Positions 1-8,782 of a stretch of 64,000 nt of DNA are shown here, one piece after another. Position 1 is the first letter of the stretch. Each line of letters opens with the position of its first letter. Both the position numbers and the translations under genes were made by a program. The notes below the pieces were generated by a model. It saw only the letters and a program-made list of their open reading frames with translations, did not search any database and was not told the DNA's origin. Source of the stretch: Patescibacteria group bacterium (GTDB taxonomy: Bacteria > Patescibacteriota > Patescibacteriia > JAHIZJ01); assembly GCA_028714495.1 (NCBI GenBank), contig JAQTMH010000003.1:72496-136495 (forward strand). Direction: 5' to 3'.

Positions 1-1741
1 CGCTGAATTCCGCGGTCAGGGCGGCAATCGACTCTCCCACCCTGGCCGGAACTTTGTTAATCTTCCATTCAATCGCGCGGGTAGCCTGATCAAACGCCAG
101 GGGTTCGCCGGCCGATACCACGCCCTGGCCGATCCAGCTGACTGTTTCCGGCAAAGTGGTTTTAATGCTGGCCTTGGTCAATTCATTCGAAGAATTTTTT
201 AGAGTCCAGAATATTTTAAAAACCGTGGCCTCACCTTCCACCGGCGGCAGCGGTCCGACCCCGATAGCCTTGCCTGATCGATCATAATAGCGCGCTTCAA
301 CCGTTAAAGTCGGCTGGCTCAAAATTCTGGCAGCGACCGCCTGGCTGGTAGCCGAAAATGGTACTGGCTCAGTCCCGCCCGAATTCACCCGCTGCCCGCG
401 ATATTCGATACTAGGCCGTATCTCAAAATTTTCCTTGCCTACGAGTTCGGCCGGCGGCGCTTCGAGCAACTCTATTTCCAGGGTTATTTCAGCCTTATCC
501 CCGGGCTTCAGCTCTTTCAAGGCTTCGACTCCTTTCGCGTCCCAGGTAAGAATCTGGCCTTCTCGGGTAGCGTTTTGGGGATTGATCAAATTCTCCCAAT
601 CTAACGCGTTGACCGCGACTTTTTCATTGTTGCTATATAACTCAAAAGTGGCAATTATTTTTCCTTCATCAAGCTTCACGTCTCCGGCGTTATTTACGTT
701 GATCGCGTAAGCCAAAGTATCGCCCCATTTAACGGCCTGGGTATCGGTTTCTTCATTTAGGTTGGCCGTAACCTGAAGTTGTGGTTCGATCATCAGGATC
801 ATGAAATTTTCCTCCAATTGTTTCTTGACTGAGCCGTCTGATTGAGCCAGGCCAAGACTGCACACTATTTCCTGACTGGCACCGGGCTCGCTTTCAAATT
901 GTCCGTTTATCTTAATACTGCCCGATTCGCCAGCGGGCAGACGATCGATTAACCATTCATCGGATTCATGGCTGGGCTCTGGGTCGGCTGAATTCAGCTT
1001 AAACCCGCTGGGCCAAGTAACCGTCAGCTTGATTTGTTCTAAATCTCGCTTCGACACGTTATCATAGGATATTTCATAATCTACCGGCTGGTTGGGAATG
1101 GCCTCGCGGGGACCCTTGAGCTCAAGATTCAGGGTAGATTCTGAAATTACCACTTCCCAATCAATGCTTTTTTGGAATTCAGAATGGAAATTGAGCGGCG
1201 TGTAGGAGAGCGTGGCGGAAAACTTTTTGCTGGAACCAACTTCGCCAATCATCTGCCCGGTAATTTCCAGGGTGTCGTCCGCGTTCGATAATACGTTATT
1301 CAGACGCCACTGGTTGTTGTATTGATTGGCCGGTCCGTAATTGGCCTTGGCGTAGGTAAAACCCTCGGGGTATTGCACTTCAATAATCAGGTCGCTTAGA
1401 GCTGATGATTCTCGGTTTTTTATATTTATGTTGAGGGTAAATTCTTCGCCTGAAACCGCTTGAGTGCCGCCCAGATAGGAAAAATCCACCCCTGACTCTT
1501 CAAATGGCTTAGTCCGATTAAACAAAAAGAAGCCGGCAATCGCGGCTCCCACGGCTAAAATTAAAAAAACAATTAAACTGACCAGGGCAATCTTCCTCCA
1601 ATTTCTGGTCTTCCTTTCCATACGGGTCATATCAAGGGTTTGACCTTTCTCATCGCGGAATATCGCCTTCATTAAACCGTGCGCGCTATCTTCGCCCTTT
1701 TCAACCCTCTTGGCTTCTTTATTTTTCCCTTTGGCCATCAT
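1..1741 (-). CDS. Partial (C-terminus runs off the window) membrane-anchored protein built from repeated beta-sandwich, DUF11-like domains. Starts MMAKGKNKEAK and has an N-terminal TM helix.
   Basis: Continuous minus-strand reading frame from 1741 to the window edge, read by eye. It is absent from the ORF track, presumably because it is edge-truncated. There is a TM segment after the K-rich N-terminus, and terminator and promoter elements lie upstream. Confidence 0.5.
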   Translation of the reverse strand, partial: MMAKGKNKEAKRVEKGEDSAHGLMKAIFRDEKGQTLDMTRMERKTRNWRKIALVSLIVFLILAVGAAIAGFFLFNRTKPFEESGVDFSYLGGTQAVSGEEFTLNINIKNRESSALSDLIIEVQYPEGFTYAKANYGPANQYNNQWRLNNVLSNADDTLEITGQMIGEVGSSKKFSATLSYTPLNFHSEFQKSIDWEVVISESTLNLELKGPREAIPNQPVDYEISYDNVSKRDLEQIKLTVTWPSGFKLNSADPEPSHESDEWLIDRLPAGESGSIKINGQFESEPGASQEIVCSLGLAQSDGSVKKQLEENFMILMIEPQLQVTANLNEETDTQAVKWGDTLAYAINVNNAGDVKLDEGKIIATFELYSNNEKVAVNALDWENLINPQNATREGQILTWDAKGVEALKELKPGDKAEITLEIELLEAPPAELVGKENFEIRPSIEYRGQRVNSGGTEPVPFSATSQAVAARILSQPTLTVEARYYDRSGKAIGVGPLPPVEGEATVFKIFWTLKNSSNELTKASIKTTLPETVSWIGQGVVSAGEPLAFDQATRAIEWKINKVPARVGESIAALTAEFS

Positions 1742-1782
1742 AGTTTATAACTATAACATTTTTTGTCTTTTTGGACAATAAT

Positions 1783-1811
1783 AAAAAAGGCGGTCCGCTC
1801 GAGCGAACCGC
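1783..1811 (-). terminator. Rho-independent terminator: a near-perfect 10-bp-arm hairpin followed by a T-run on the minus strand.
   Basis: cggtccgctc / gagcgaaccg inverted repeat followed by AAAAAA on plus, which is a U-run on minus. Sits just downstream of the small ORF at 1828-1995. Confidence 0.5.
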
Positions 1812-1827
1812 GTGAGACGCGAAACGG

Positions 1828-1995
1828 CTAGAGAAAGAGCGCGGCGCAGAGACTCAGAACGAGGGCCAGCCCCCCAGCGATGGCGAAGAAGCGAACGCAC
1901 CTCTGCTCACCGCTGAGATTCGGTGTATCACGCAGCTTTCTCTTTATCTTGCGAGGAGTGCGAATTTCACCTACATGGTAACTGGGAAAGTTCAT
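1828..1995 (-). CDS. Small (about 55 aa) protein with a C-terminal TM helix. GC-rich. The start is taken at the internal Met, which is preceded by a strong SD (GGAGGGG).
   Basis: ORF track 1828..2037. CAAGGAGGGGACACT-ATG at 1995. A terminator hairpin lies downstream. About 60% GC against a roughly 45% baseline. Confidence 0.4.
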   Translation of the reverse strand: MNFPSYHVGEIRTPRKIKRKLRDTPNLSGEQRCVRFFAIAGGLALVLSLCAALFL

Positions 1996-2081
1996 AGTGT
2001 CCCCTCCTTGGCAGACCGCGTCCGCTAGCCTAAACAACTTCCTGCCTTAACTAAGACAGTATACACGAACTTCGATTAATG

Positions 2082-2891
2082 TCAAGGTTGCGCTGACAGG
2101 AGATGCGATTTTTTTTCAAAATATCGTAAAAACTTGACTGATTTCAGTTCTTTTTCCAGGTGAAATGTCACGTACTGATCAATGAATTTTCTCACCTCTC
2201 GCATCGGCTCGCGCGAAACCTTCAGTCGGCGGATATTACCATATGGCTGTTTGAGAGCATAGCGTAAAATTCTGATAGTCAAACCTGTCACCGGCATAAC
2301 GTTGCGGCTATTTTTTGTACCGCCTTGGCAGGCTGGACAAATTAAGCTGCCGTGTGAAAAATTATAGGCGTTGCCATTCTGCAAAACGCGTCGCCGACAG
2401 ATGCCGCAATGAAAAAGCTCCGGCTGATAACCGACTCGGCTGAATATTTTCAGCACAAATCCGGTAATAACAAGCGATCCTTTAATATAGTCATCGCCTC
2501 TTGATAAACGTATTAAATCCAGATTCTTCCAGGTGGCGCCGACCATTCGAAACATTGTCGGATCGGCGTGCGGCACCGGCAGCAAGCAATCAACGATTTC
2601 CGCGATATAATCCGCCCAGGTTTTTTTTACGATATTCTGGCTCAGAGTTTGAAATCTCTTTATCAGCACTGCCGAAACCACCGTGTCAGTTTGTTTGCCT
2701 GACGCCACTAAAAGCTGGACATACGAAAACGGCTCAAGATGAGCCGCCAGCTTGCTTTTTATCTTAGAGGCGCCTCGGCCCAAAAGCTCGAGCTTTCCCC
2801 GATCAGGCGTCAAAACCACGAACCAGCGGTCGGTTTCCCGGAATGGTCGGCGCCGCAAAACCAGTCCGGTTGTTTTATAAGTACCGGGCAT
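2082..2891 (-). CDS. recO: DNA repair protein RecO
   Basis: N-terminal OB fold (TGLVLRRRPFRETDRW), a CxxC...CxxC zinc finger (CGICRRR...CPACQ), 269 aa. Lies 5 nt downstream of ileS. Confidence 0.75.
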   Translation of the reverse strand: MPGTYKTTGLVLRRRPFRETDRWFVVLTPDRGKLELLGRGASKIKSKLAAHLEPFSYVQLLVASGKQTDTVVSAVLIKRFQTLSQNIVKKTWADYIAEIVDCLLPVPHADPTMFRMVGATWKNLDLIRLSRGDDYIKGSLVITGFVLKIFSRVGYQPELFHCGICRRRVLQNGNAYNFSHGSLICPACQGGTKNSRNVMPVTGLTIRILRYALKQPYGNIRRLKVSREPMREVRKFIDQYVTFHLEKELKSVKFLRYFEKKSHLLSAQP

Positions 2892-2896
2892 GTGAA

Positions 2897-5863
2897 TTAA
2901 TCAAGTTTCTTTAAGCCCAGGGCAATTACCGTCTTTCCCTCTTTGAATTCTTTCTGAACCAGGCTCGTCTCCGGAATCTTGCCGTAAGAAACGCTTCGGC
3001 TGATAGTCTCCTGTTTGACCCAGGCAAGATGCTGCTCCATGGCCAGCTGGTATTTCGCTTCGGCACTATAAAAATAAAACTCGATCGAATCCTTAATCGT
3101 TAAACCCGCTTCCTTTCTTAAGCTGTTTACCTGGCGAATAACTTCCCTGATAAAGCCTTGGTAGTAAAGTTCATCGGTTATCGTGGTATCCAGGGAAACC
3201 GCCACGCCAGCCGCCTCTTTCACCTCCCACTCGGCGCTCTTGAGCAGTTCATTTCTAAAAAATATGTCATGGACATTTACTTCAGCTTTTAGAATATCAA
3301 CAAGTTCAGTCCGGAATGCTTTTGTCCTGACGACCAGCTGGGACAAGGGTTGGCGTACTTTAATACCCCGGCTAGCCCGGGCGGCGTGAACCAGCTCGGC
3401 AATGCGCCTGGTCATATCCATTTCCGCCAACAGTTCCTTCTCTTCCGGCAGATCTTTCAGGTCGGGCCACGGCTCGAGATGAACGCTATCTTTCGCTCCG
3501 CCAACCTCCTGATAAACCGCGTCAGCCAAGAATGGCGTGAACGGAGCCAAATATTCCGTCAAAGTCATTAAAACGTAACCCAGAGTATTTCTTGCCTCAG
3601 CCTGTTCAGATTTTTCGCCGAGCTTAAATCTTTCCCGGCTCCGTCTCACATACCAGGTTGAAAGTTCGGCGATAAAGTCTGCCAGCGTCCGGCCGGCTTC
3701 AGCTATTTGGTATTTGTTCAAACAATCAGTGACTGATTCGCCGGTCTGCCTCAATCTGGCTAAGACCCACCGGTCAAGCACATTCTTGGCTTTGGGCAAG
3801 GCTGGTACCGATGGTTCTGTTTGATATAGCTTATAAAAACTTAGGACGTTCCAAAGGACCAGAAAATTCTTTTTCACGGTTTCCCGCAAGGCCATCGGGT
3901 CAAAGCGCTTGTATTCTCCGGGCTGGTTTACGGTGAAGAAATACCATCTCACCGCGTCAATCCCAAATTCGTTGATGGCGTCATTGGGCTTTACCACATT
4001 GCCCAGGTGTTTGCTCATTTTCCGGCCATCAGCATCCAGAATGTGGCCGAGGCAAACTACGTTTTTATAAGGCGGAAAATTATTGCCCAGGGCGGTTGAA
4101 ATGGCCAGCAGAGTGTAAAACCAGCCGCGCGTCTGGTCAATCGCCTCAGCAATGTAATCAGCCGGGAAACTCACGCCTTTATCAACGCGCTCCTTGTTTT
4201 CAAACGGATAATGCCACTGGGCAAACGGCATCGCGCCGGAATCAAACCAGGTATCAGCCACTTCTGATATGCGTTTCATCTCACCGCCACACTTACAAGG
4301 TATTATTATATCGTCAATAAACGGGCGGTGCGGATCAAACGACTCATCCAGTACTTCCTTTTTACCGCTTCTCTTATTTAATTCCTGATAACTCCCGATG
4401 CATTCCCGTTCTCCGCACTTTTTACACTCCCAAATCGGAATCGGCGTACCCCAGTACCTTTCCCTCGAAATCGCCCAATCCTTTATCTCGTTTAGCCATT
4501 CACCAAACCGGCCTTGTTTGATATATTCCGGCACCCAATTAATTTGCTCATTGTTCTTAATCAGCTGCTCACGCAAAGCCGACATCTTGATAAACCACGA
4601 ATCCTTGGCATAGTACAAAAGCGGGCTGTGGCAGCGCCAGCATTTCGGATAATCATGTTCGTACAATTCTTCCATATAGAGCAGGCCACGTTGTTTAAGC
4701 GAATCAATAATCGCTTGCTCGGTTTTTTTATCCTTTACGTATTGGCCAGCGAACTCTTTAACATCTTTGGTAAAATGCCCATCCGGAGTTACGGTGTGAT
4801 GTTTTGGCAAACTGACTTTTGCGCCGAGTTGATAATCATCTTCGCCGTACATAACCGCGGTATGAACCACACCAGTACCTTCGTCGGTGGTTACAAAATC
4901 AGCAGCGTAAACCTTAAAGGCGTTTTCAAAGCCTTTCACGCTTTCTGGAATCGCACCTGGAAAAAGCGGTTCGTATTCAATGCCAACCAAGTCTTGGCCT
5001 TTTACCCTGTTAATAATATTTATACCAGACTCCATGGGTCTACCACTTTCTATTTTCTTCGATAACGGAAGATTAATAAGCTTCCGTGTTTCATCAGCTA
5101 GAACAAATCTCTCCTCTCCTATTTCAATCTCGATATACTCGGTATCTTTGCTAACCGCCAACCCCACGTTTCCCGGCAATGTCCAAGGGGTAGTTGTCCA
5201 CGACAGAATATAATCTCCTTTTTTGATTTGTCCCTTGTCACTTGTAACTTTAAACTTAACATAAACCGAATTCTCCGTTACTTTCTCATACCCCTGTGCC
5301 ACTTCGTGCGATGACAAGGCGGTCTCGCAGCGCGGACATTGCGGTACGACTTTATAATCCTTAACTAGCAGTTTCTTATCCCAAAGCTGTTTGAAAATCC
5401 ACCACAGCGTTTCGATGTAAGGTTTTTCGTAAGTAATGAAGGGGCGCTCCAGATCCAGCCAATAGCCGATACGTTCGGTCATTTTTTCCCACTCGGCTTT
5501 GTACTTCCAAACGCTGGCCCGGCAGGCTTGGTTGAATTTCTCAATGCCGTACTTTTCAATGTCTTTCTTCCCGGAAACCCCAATCTGCTTCTCCACCTCT
5601 AGTTCAACCGGCAAACCCTGCGTGTCCCAGCCGCCTTTTCGCTCTACGAAATACCCCCGCATGGTCTTGAACCGGCAGATGATGTCCTTAAACGCCCGGG
5701 CTAGCACGTGTCCGATATGCGGCGAGCCGTTGGCTGTCGGCGGCCCTTCGAAAAAAACAAAACGTTTGCCCTGTTTAGTCTGGGCCAGGGATTTTTTGAA
5801 AATATCTTGTTTTTTCCATTTGGCTAGGATGTCCTCCTCTAGCTTCGGAAAGCTCGGTAGCAT
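2897..5863 (-). CDS. ileS: Isoleucyl-tRNA synthetase
   Basis: PPTANGSPHIGHVLARAFKD (HIGH), GWDTQGLPVE, KMSKHLGNVV (KMSKS). Length 988 aa. Confidence 0.9.
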   Translation of the reverse strand: MLPSFPKLEEDILAKWKKQDIFKKSLAQTKQGKRFVFFEGPPTANGSPHIGHVLARAFKDIICRFKTMRGYFVERKGGWDTQGLPVELEVEKQIGVSGKKDIEKYGIEKFNQACRASVWKYKAEWEKMTERIGYWLDLERPFITYEKPYIETLWWIFKQLWDKKLLVKDYKVVPQCPRCETALSSHEVAQGYEKVTENSVYVKFKVTSDKGQIKKGDYILSWTTTPWTLPGNVGLAVSKDTEYIEIEIGEERFVLADETRKLINLPLSKKIESGRPMESGINIINRVKGQDLVGIEYEPLFPGAIPESVKGFENAFKVYAADFVTTDEGTGVVHTAVMYGEDDYQLGAKVSLPKHHTVTPDGHFTKDVKEFAGQYVKDKKTEQAIIDSLKQRGLLYMEELYEHDYPKCWRCHSPLLYYAKDSWFIKMSALREQLIKNNEQINWVPEYIKQGRFGEWLNEIKDWAISRERYWGTPIPIWECKKCGERECIGSYQELNKRSGKKEVLDESFDPHRPFIDDIIIPCKCGGEMKRISEVADTWFDSGAMPFAQWHYPFENKERVDKGVSFPADYIAEAIDQTRGWFYTLLAISTALGNNFPPYKNVVCLGHILDADGRKMSKHLGNVVKPNDAINEFGIDAVRWYFFTVNQPGEYKRFDPMALRETVKKNFLVLWNVLSFYKLYQTEPSVPALPKAKNVLDRWVLARLRQTGESVTDCLNKYQIAEAGRTLADFIAELSTWYVRRSRERFKLGEKSEQAEARNTLGYVLMTLTEYLAPFTPFLADAVYQEVGGAKDSVHLEPWPDLKDLPEEKELLAEMDMTRRIAELVHAARASRGIKVRQPLSQLVVRTKAFRTELVDILKAEVNVHDIFFRNELLKSAEWEVKEAAGVAVSLDTTITDELYYQGFIREVIRQVNSLRKEAGLTIKDSIEFYFYSAEAKYQLAMEQHLAWVKQETISRSVSYGKIPETSLVQKEFKEGKTVIALGLKKLD

Positions 5864-5957
5864 TGTCTTCTTGTCATTTAAAAAAACTGATGGCGCTTTT
5901 TATTATAAAATAAAATTCCCACCAAGGCAAGCGCTTGACCTTGGGAAGCTGTGTTTA

Positions 5958-6341
5958 TTATCTAATAATATGCCGCTCAATTTCCTGGATGATTTTTGCC
6001 AAACTGACACTGGTCTTTATCAGATAGTTCGCGGCACCCAATTTCATTCCCTCGTCCTGACTCTCTTTGTCGTCAACATTGCTGACCAATATGACGGGAA
6101 TATCCTTGGTGCAAGATTTGGATTTCAGCGATTTTAACACCTTAAGCCCGTTTAATCCCGGCAAAATAATATCTAAAATTACCAAATCTGGTTTTGTTTC
6201 GACCACCTTCCGCAGGCCGCGCACGCCCTCGATCTCTGATTCAACCCGATAGCCCGAACGAGTTAATTTATCAGTTAAAGATCTGGCTAGAGTTTGCTCG
6301 TCTTCGATAATTAAAATAAATTTCTTTTTCTGTCCAGGCAT
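5958..6341 (-). CDS. Standalone response-regulator receiver (CheY-like) protein
   Basis: ILIIEDE...DLVILDIILPGLNG...K motif set, 127 aa, no output domain. A terminator hairpin follows at about 5917-5940. Confidence 0.8.
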   Translation of the reverse strand: MPGQKKKFILIIEDEQTLARSLTDKLTRSGYRVESEIEGVRGLRKVVETKPDLVILDIILPGLNGLKVLKSLKSKSCTKDIPVILVSNVDDKESQDEGMKLGAANYLIKTSVSLAKIIQEIERHIIR

Positions 6342-6365
6342 GTCTAATCAATATTTATCACTCCC

Positions 6366-6743
6366 TTATAAATACCCGAGAACGCGATTTACGATTTCGT
6401 CGCCGTTGGTATCGGTTTTCACCAAATAGTCAGCTGCTCCCAGATTTTTCGCCTTGGTCACGTTCAAATCACCGGACAAATTCGACAGGACAATAATCGG
6501 TATGGCCTTCAATTCGGAATCACTTTTCGCCTTTTCTAAAAATTCAAAGCCGTGCATTCGCGGCAAAATCAAATCAAGCAAGACCAGGCTAGGCCGTCGG
6601 ATCTTAAGCTGTTCCAAACCGATTGCTCCATCAGGCGCGTTAATCAATTCAATCCCGCGTTTTTGGAAAAGATCCCCCAGCGCCCGGGCAGTTGGCTCCT
6701 CGTCCTCAACGAAAAGAATTATTTTTGATTCAGCCATAATCAT
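6366..6743 (-). CDS. Standalone response-regulator receiver (CheY-like) protein
   Basis: ILFVEDE...LVLLDLILPRMHG...ADYLVK, 125 aa. In tandem with the previous receiver. Confidence 0.8.
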   Translation of the reverse strand: MIMAESKIILFVEDEEPTARALGDLFQKRGIELINAPDGAIGLEQLKIRRPSLVLLDLILPRMHGFEFLEKAKSDSELKAIPIIVLSNLSGDLNVTKAKNLGAADYLVKTDTNGDEIVNRVLGYL

Positions 6744-6872
6744 CTAAAATTAGCCTAGTTTCATTTTAGCACAATACCACGGGTGGAGCAATAATTCTAA
6801 GAGTACTTAATCCTACCTAAAGTATATATTTTTGCTCAGGGAAAAACTTAAAAAAGGATACGATTTTTAGAC

Positions 6873-6901
6873 TTGACACGATTTCTTTGTTATGCTAATA
6901 T
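6873..6901 (+). promoter_or_regulatory. Near-consensus sigma70-type promoter: TTGACA, 17 nt, TAATAT
   Basis: TTGACA at 6873-6878, a 17-nt spacer, TAATAT at 6896-6901. A strong SD (AAGGAGG) sits before the ATG at 6959. Confidence 0.45.
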
Positions 6902-6958
6902 TTTCAGTTCGTGATACTGCGTGGTTAGTCGTCTATACTAGATAAGGAGGACCCGGAC

Positions 6959-7456
6959 ATGTTCATTGACGCAAAAGAAGCCGATGCAACGATCGAGTAT
7001 GTCAGACACTTGCTGAATCTGATCACCAAGCTTCCAGAGAACGACAAGCCTGGGCGTCGCGGAGTTTATCTCTGCGTCAGGGAACAACAAACCGGCCTGG
7101 TCGTTCTTCTGATGCCGTTCGGACAATTCGAGGACAATCGGTTCGCGGATGGCTGTTTCGACTTCGCTCAGGAGAAGACAATGCGTCTCCTAGGCCATCC
7201 TGATCATATCAGCTCCTGGCAGTCTCGGAGTCCCGATCTGCGGCTCTGGGGCGGCGGCATCGTTTGTCCGAACGTCAGACTGATCGTGGCTCTGTCCGGT
7301 CTGACCGAGGCCGGTGACGAGGCTCTGGCAGTCACCCTGGCCTACAAGATGAATTGGCTATCCAATACTCAGGCAGGCGCCATCACCACGATCAGTGGAA
7401 ACCGAGTGACCCCGGCGCTTCTCACCGCCCTCCACAATTCTCCTCTCACACGCTAG
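6959..7456 (+). CDS. GlcG/HbpS-like (DUF336) putative heme-binding protein. GC-rich.
   Basis: WGGGIVCPNVRLIVALSGLTEAGDEALA resembles the DUF336 GGGxPI...GAIGVSG...DE..A motif. Strong RBS. About 57% GC. Confidence 0.45.
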   Translation: MFIDAKEADATIEYVRHLLNLITKLPENDKPGRRGVYLCVREQQTGLVVLLMPFGQFEDNRFADGCFDFAQEKTMRLLGHPDHISSWQSRSPDLRLWGGGIVCPNVRLIVALSGLTEAGDEALAVTLAYKMNWLSNTQAGAITTISGNRVTPALLTALHNSPLTR

Positions 7457-7536
7457 TAAGCAGGCCCTCCGCGTCTAACCACAAAGCGCTGCACGTTACC
7501 AAAACGCCCGTTGCGAATTTCTCGCGGCGGGCGCTC

Positions 7537-8754
7537 TTATTTTTTCCTGGCTTTAGTTTTGACCTTGGCTTTCTTATTTTTTTCTTGTGGCTGTTCTTTG
7601 TTTTTCCGTTGCTGCGCTATCTTCGTGAATTCTTCGGCGTAGACTTTGAGCGTTTCTTCGGCGCACTTACGCCAGCTGAATTTCTTAGCTTGAATTAAAC
7701 CGGCGGAAGACATTCGCTGGCGAAGCGAATCGGAACTTAAAACCTTTCTCATCGCCTCGGTCAATTCCCTCTCGTTTCGCGGATTGATCAGAAACGCGGC
7801 CTGGCCAGCCACTTCAGGGATCGATGCGACATTAGAAGTGATTACCGGCGTTCCCAGGCACATGGCTTCGAGCACCGGCAAGCCGAAACCTTCATAAAGC
7901 GTGGGAAAGACAAAAGCCGTGGCGTTCTTGATCAAAGCCAGTTTATCCAGATGCGGAATGTAGTTTAAGTAAGCCACTTGGTTGGTCAGCCCAAGCTCCT
8001 TTATCTTTTTGAATATCAGATCGCTCTGCCAGCCGCGGTGTCCGGCCAAAACCAGCTTGTATTTGGCCAGATGTTTCTGCCGAGCTATTAGATTATGGTA
8101 GGCCGACACCAACCTGACCAAATTCTTTCGCGGCTCCAGCGTACCGACATAAAGCAAATACTGGCCAGGCAAACCGTATTTTTTACCCAAGCCTTTTGCG
8201 TCGCCTGGGCATTTCTCCAATTTCATGCCCTCGTGGATAACCTTAATTTTTCCTTCGGGGATCTTGAAAATCTTTACAATGTCATTTTTCGTCGCCTGCG
8301 ACACTCCGATAATCCGCCTGGCTCGCTGCAAACTATGCGGCACTAAAATCGAAACGCTGAATTTCTGGCCGCGCGGAAACCATTCAGGGTGACGATAGAT
8401 TGCCAGATCGTGGACTGTCACGATGCTGGGACGGCTGTAGGTGTAGGGGATGACATTGGCCGGCGAATGGAAGATATCCAATTTCTCACGATTAAGAAAC
8501 GCCGTAATCAGCATATGCGAATAGCTGAAGGGAAGAAATTTCTTATACTGGGAAAACGGGAAATATCTGATTTTCACGTTCCGCTGCTGAAACTCTCGCG
8601 GATCTTTAAAACGGTAATCGAAAAACAAAACGTATTCGTTTTTTTTATCCAGGGCCAGCAGATTTTTTACCAGGTAATAGGAATAATGCCCAACGCCGGC
8701 CCTTTCGCCGGTCTTGGGATTTAAAATTGTTCGGCAATCAATTCCAATTCGCAT
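7537..8754 (-). CDS. Glycosyltransferase family 4 (GT-B) with a Lys-rich C-terminal tail
   Basis: [18 protein letters not shown] signature. 405 aa. Confidence 0.8.
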   Translation of the reverse strand: MRIGIDCRTILNPKTGERAGVGHYSYYLVKNLLALDKKNEYVLFFDYRFKDPREFQQRNVKIRYFPFSQYKKFLPFSYSHMLITAFLNREKLDIFHSPANVIPYTYSRPSIVTVHDLAIYRHPEWFPRGQKFSVSILVPHSLQRARRIIGVSQATKNDIVKIFKIPEGKIKVIHEGMKLEKCPGDAKGLGKKYGLPGQYLLYVGTLEPRKNLVRLVSAYHNLIARQKHLAKYKLVLAGHRGWQSDLIFKKIKELGLTNQVAYLNYIPHLDKLALIKNATAFVFPTLYEGFGLPVLEAMCLGTPVITSNVASIPEVAGQAAFLINPRNERELTEAMRKVLSSDSLRQRMSSAGLIQAKKFSWRKCAEETLKVYAEEFTKIAQQRKNKEQPQEKNKKAKVKTKARKK

Positions 8755-8782
8755 AAACCCTCCCTTAAATATTGGCTTGCGC

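Noticed and set aside
435-710. 91-aa plus-strand ORF
   Set aside because: Lies entirely inside, and antisense to, the long minus-strand repeat-protein gene (1-1741). Low-complexity S/A-rich translation.
2501-2767. 88-aa plus-strand ORF
   Set aside because: Antisense within recO. No start context.
4514-5065. 183-aa plus-strand ORF
   Set aside because: Antisense within ileS. No motifs.
5499-6137. 212-aa plus-strand ORF
   Set aside because: Antisense overlap of the ileS 5' end and the receiver-domain gene.
7354-7698. 114-aa plus-strand ORF overlapping the end of the DUF336 gene and the GT4 gene
   Set aside because: Out-of-frame overlap with two better-supported genes. Pro/His-rich unlikely sequence.
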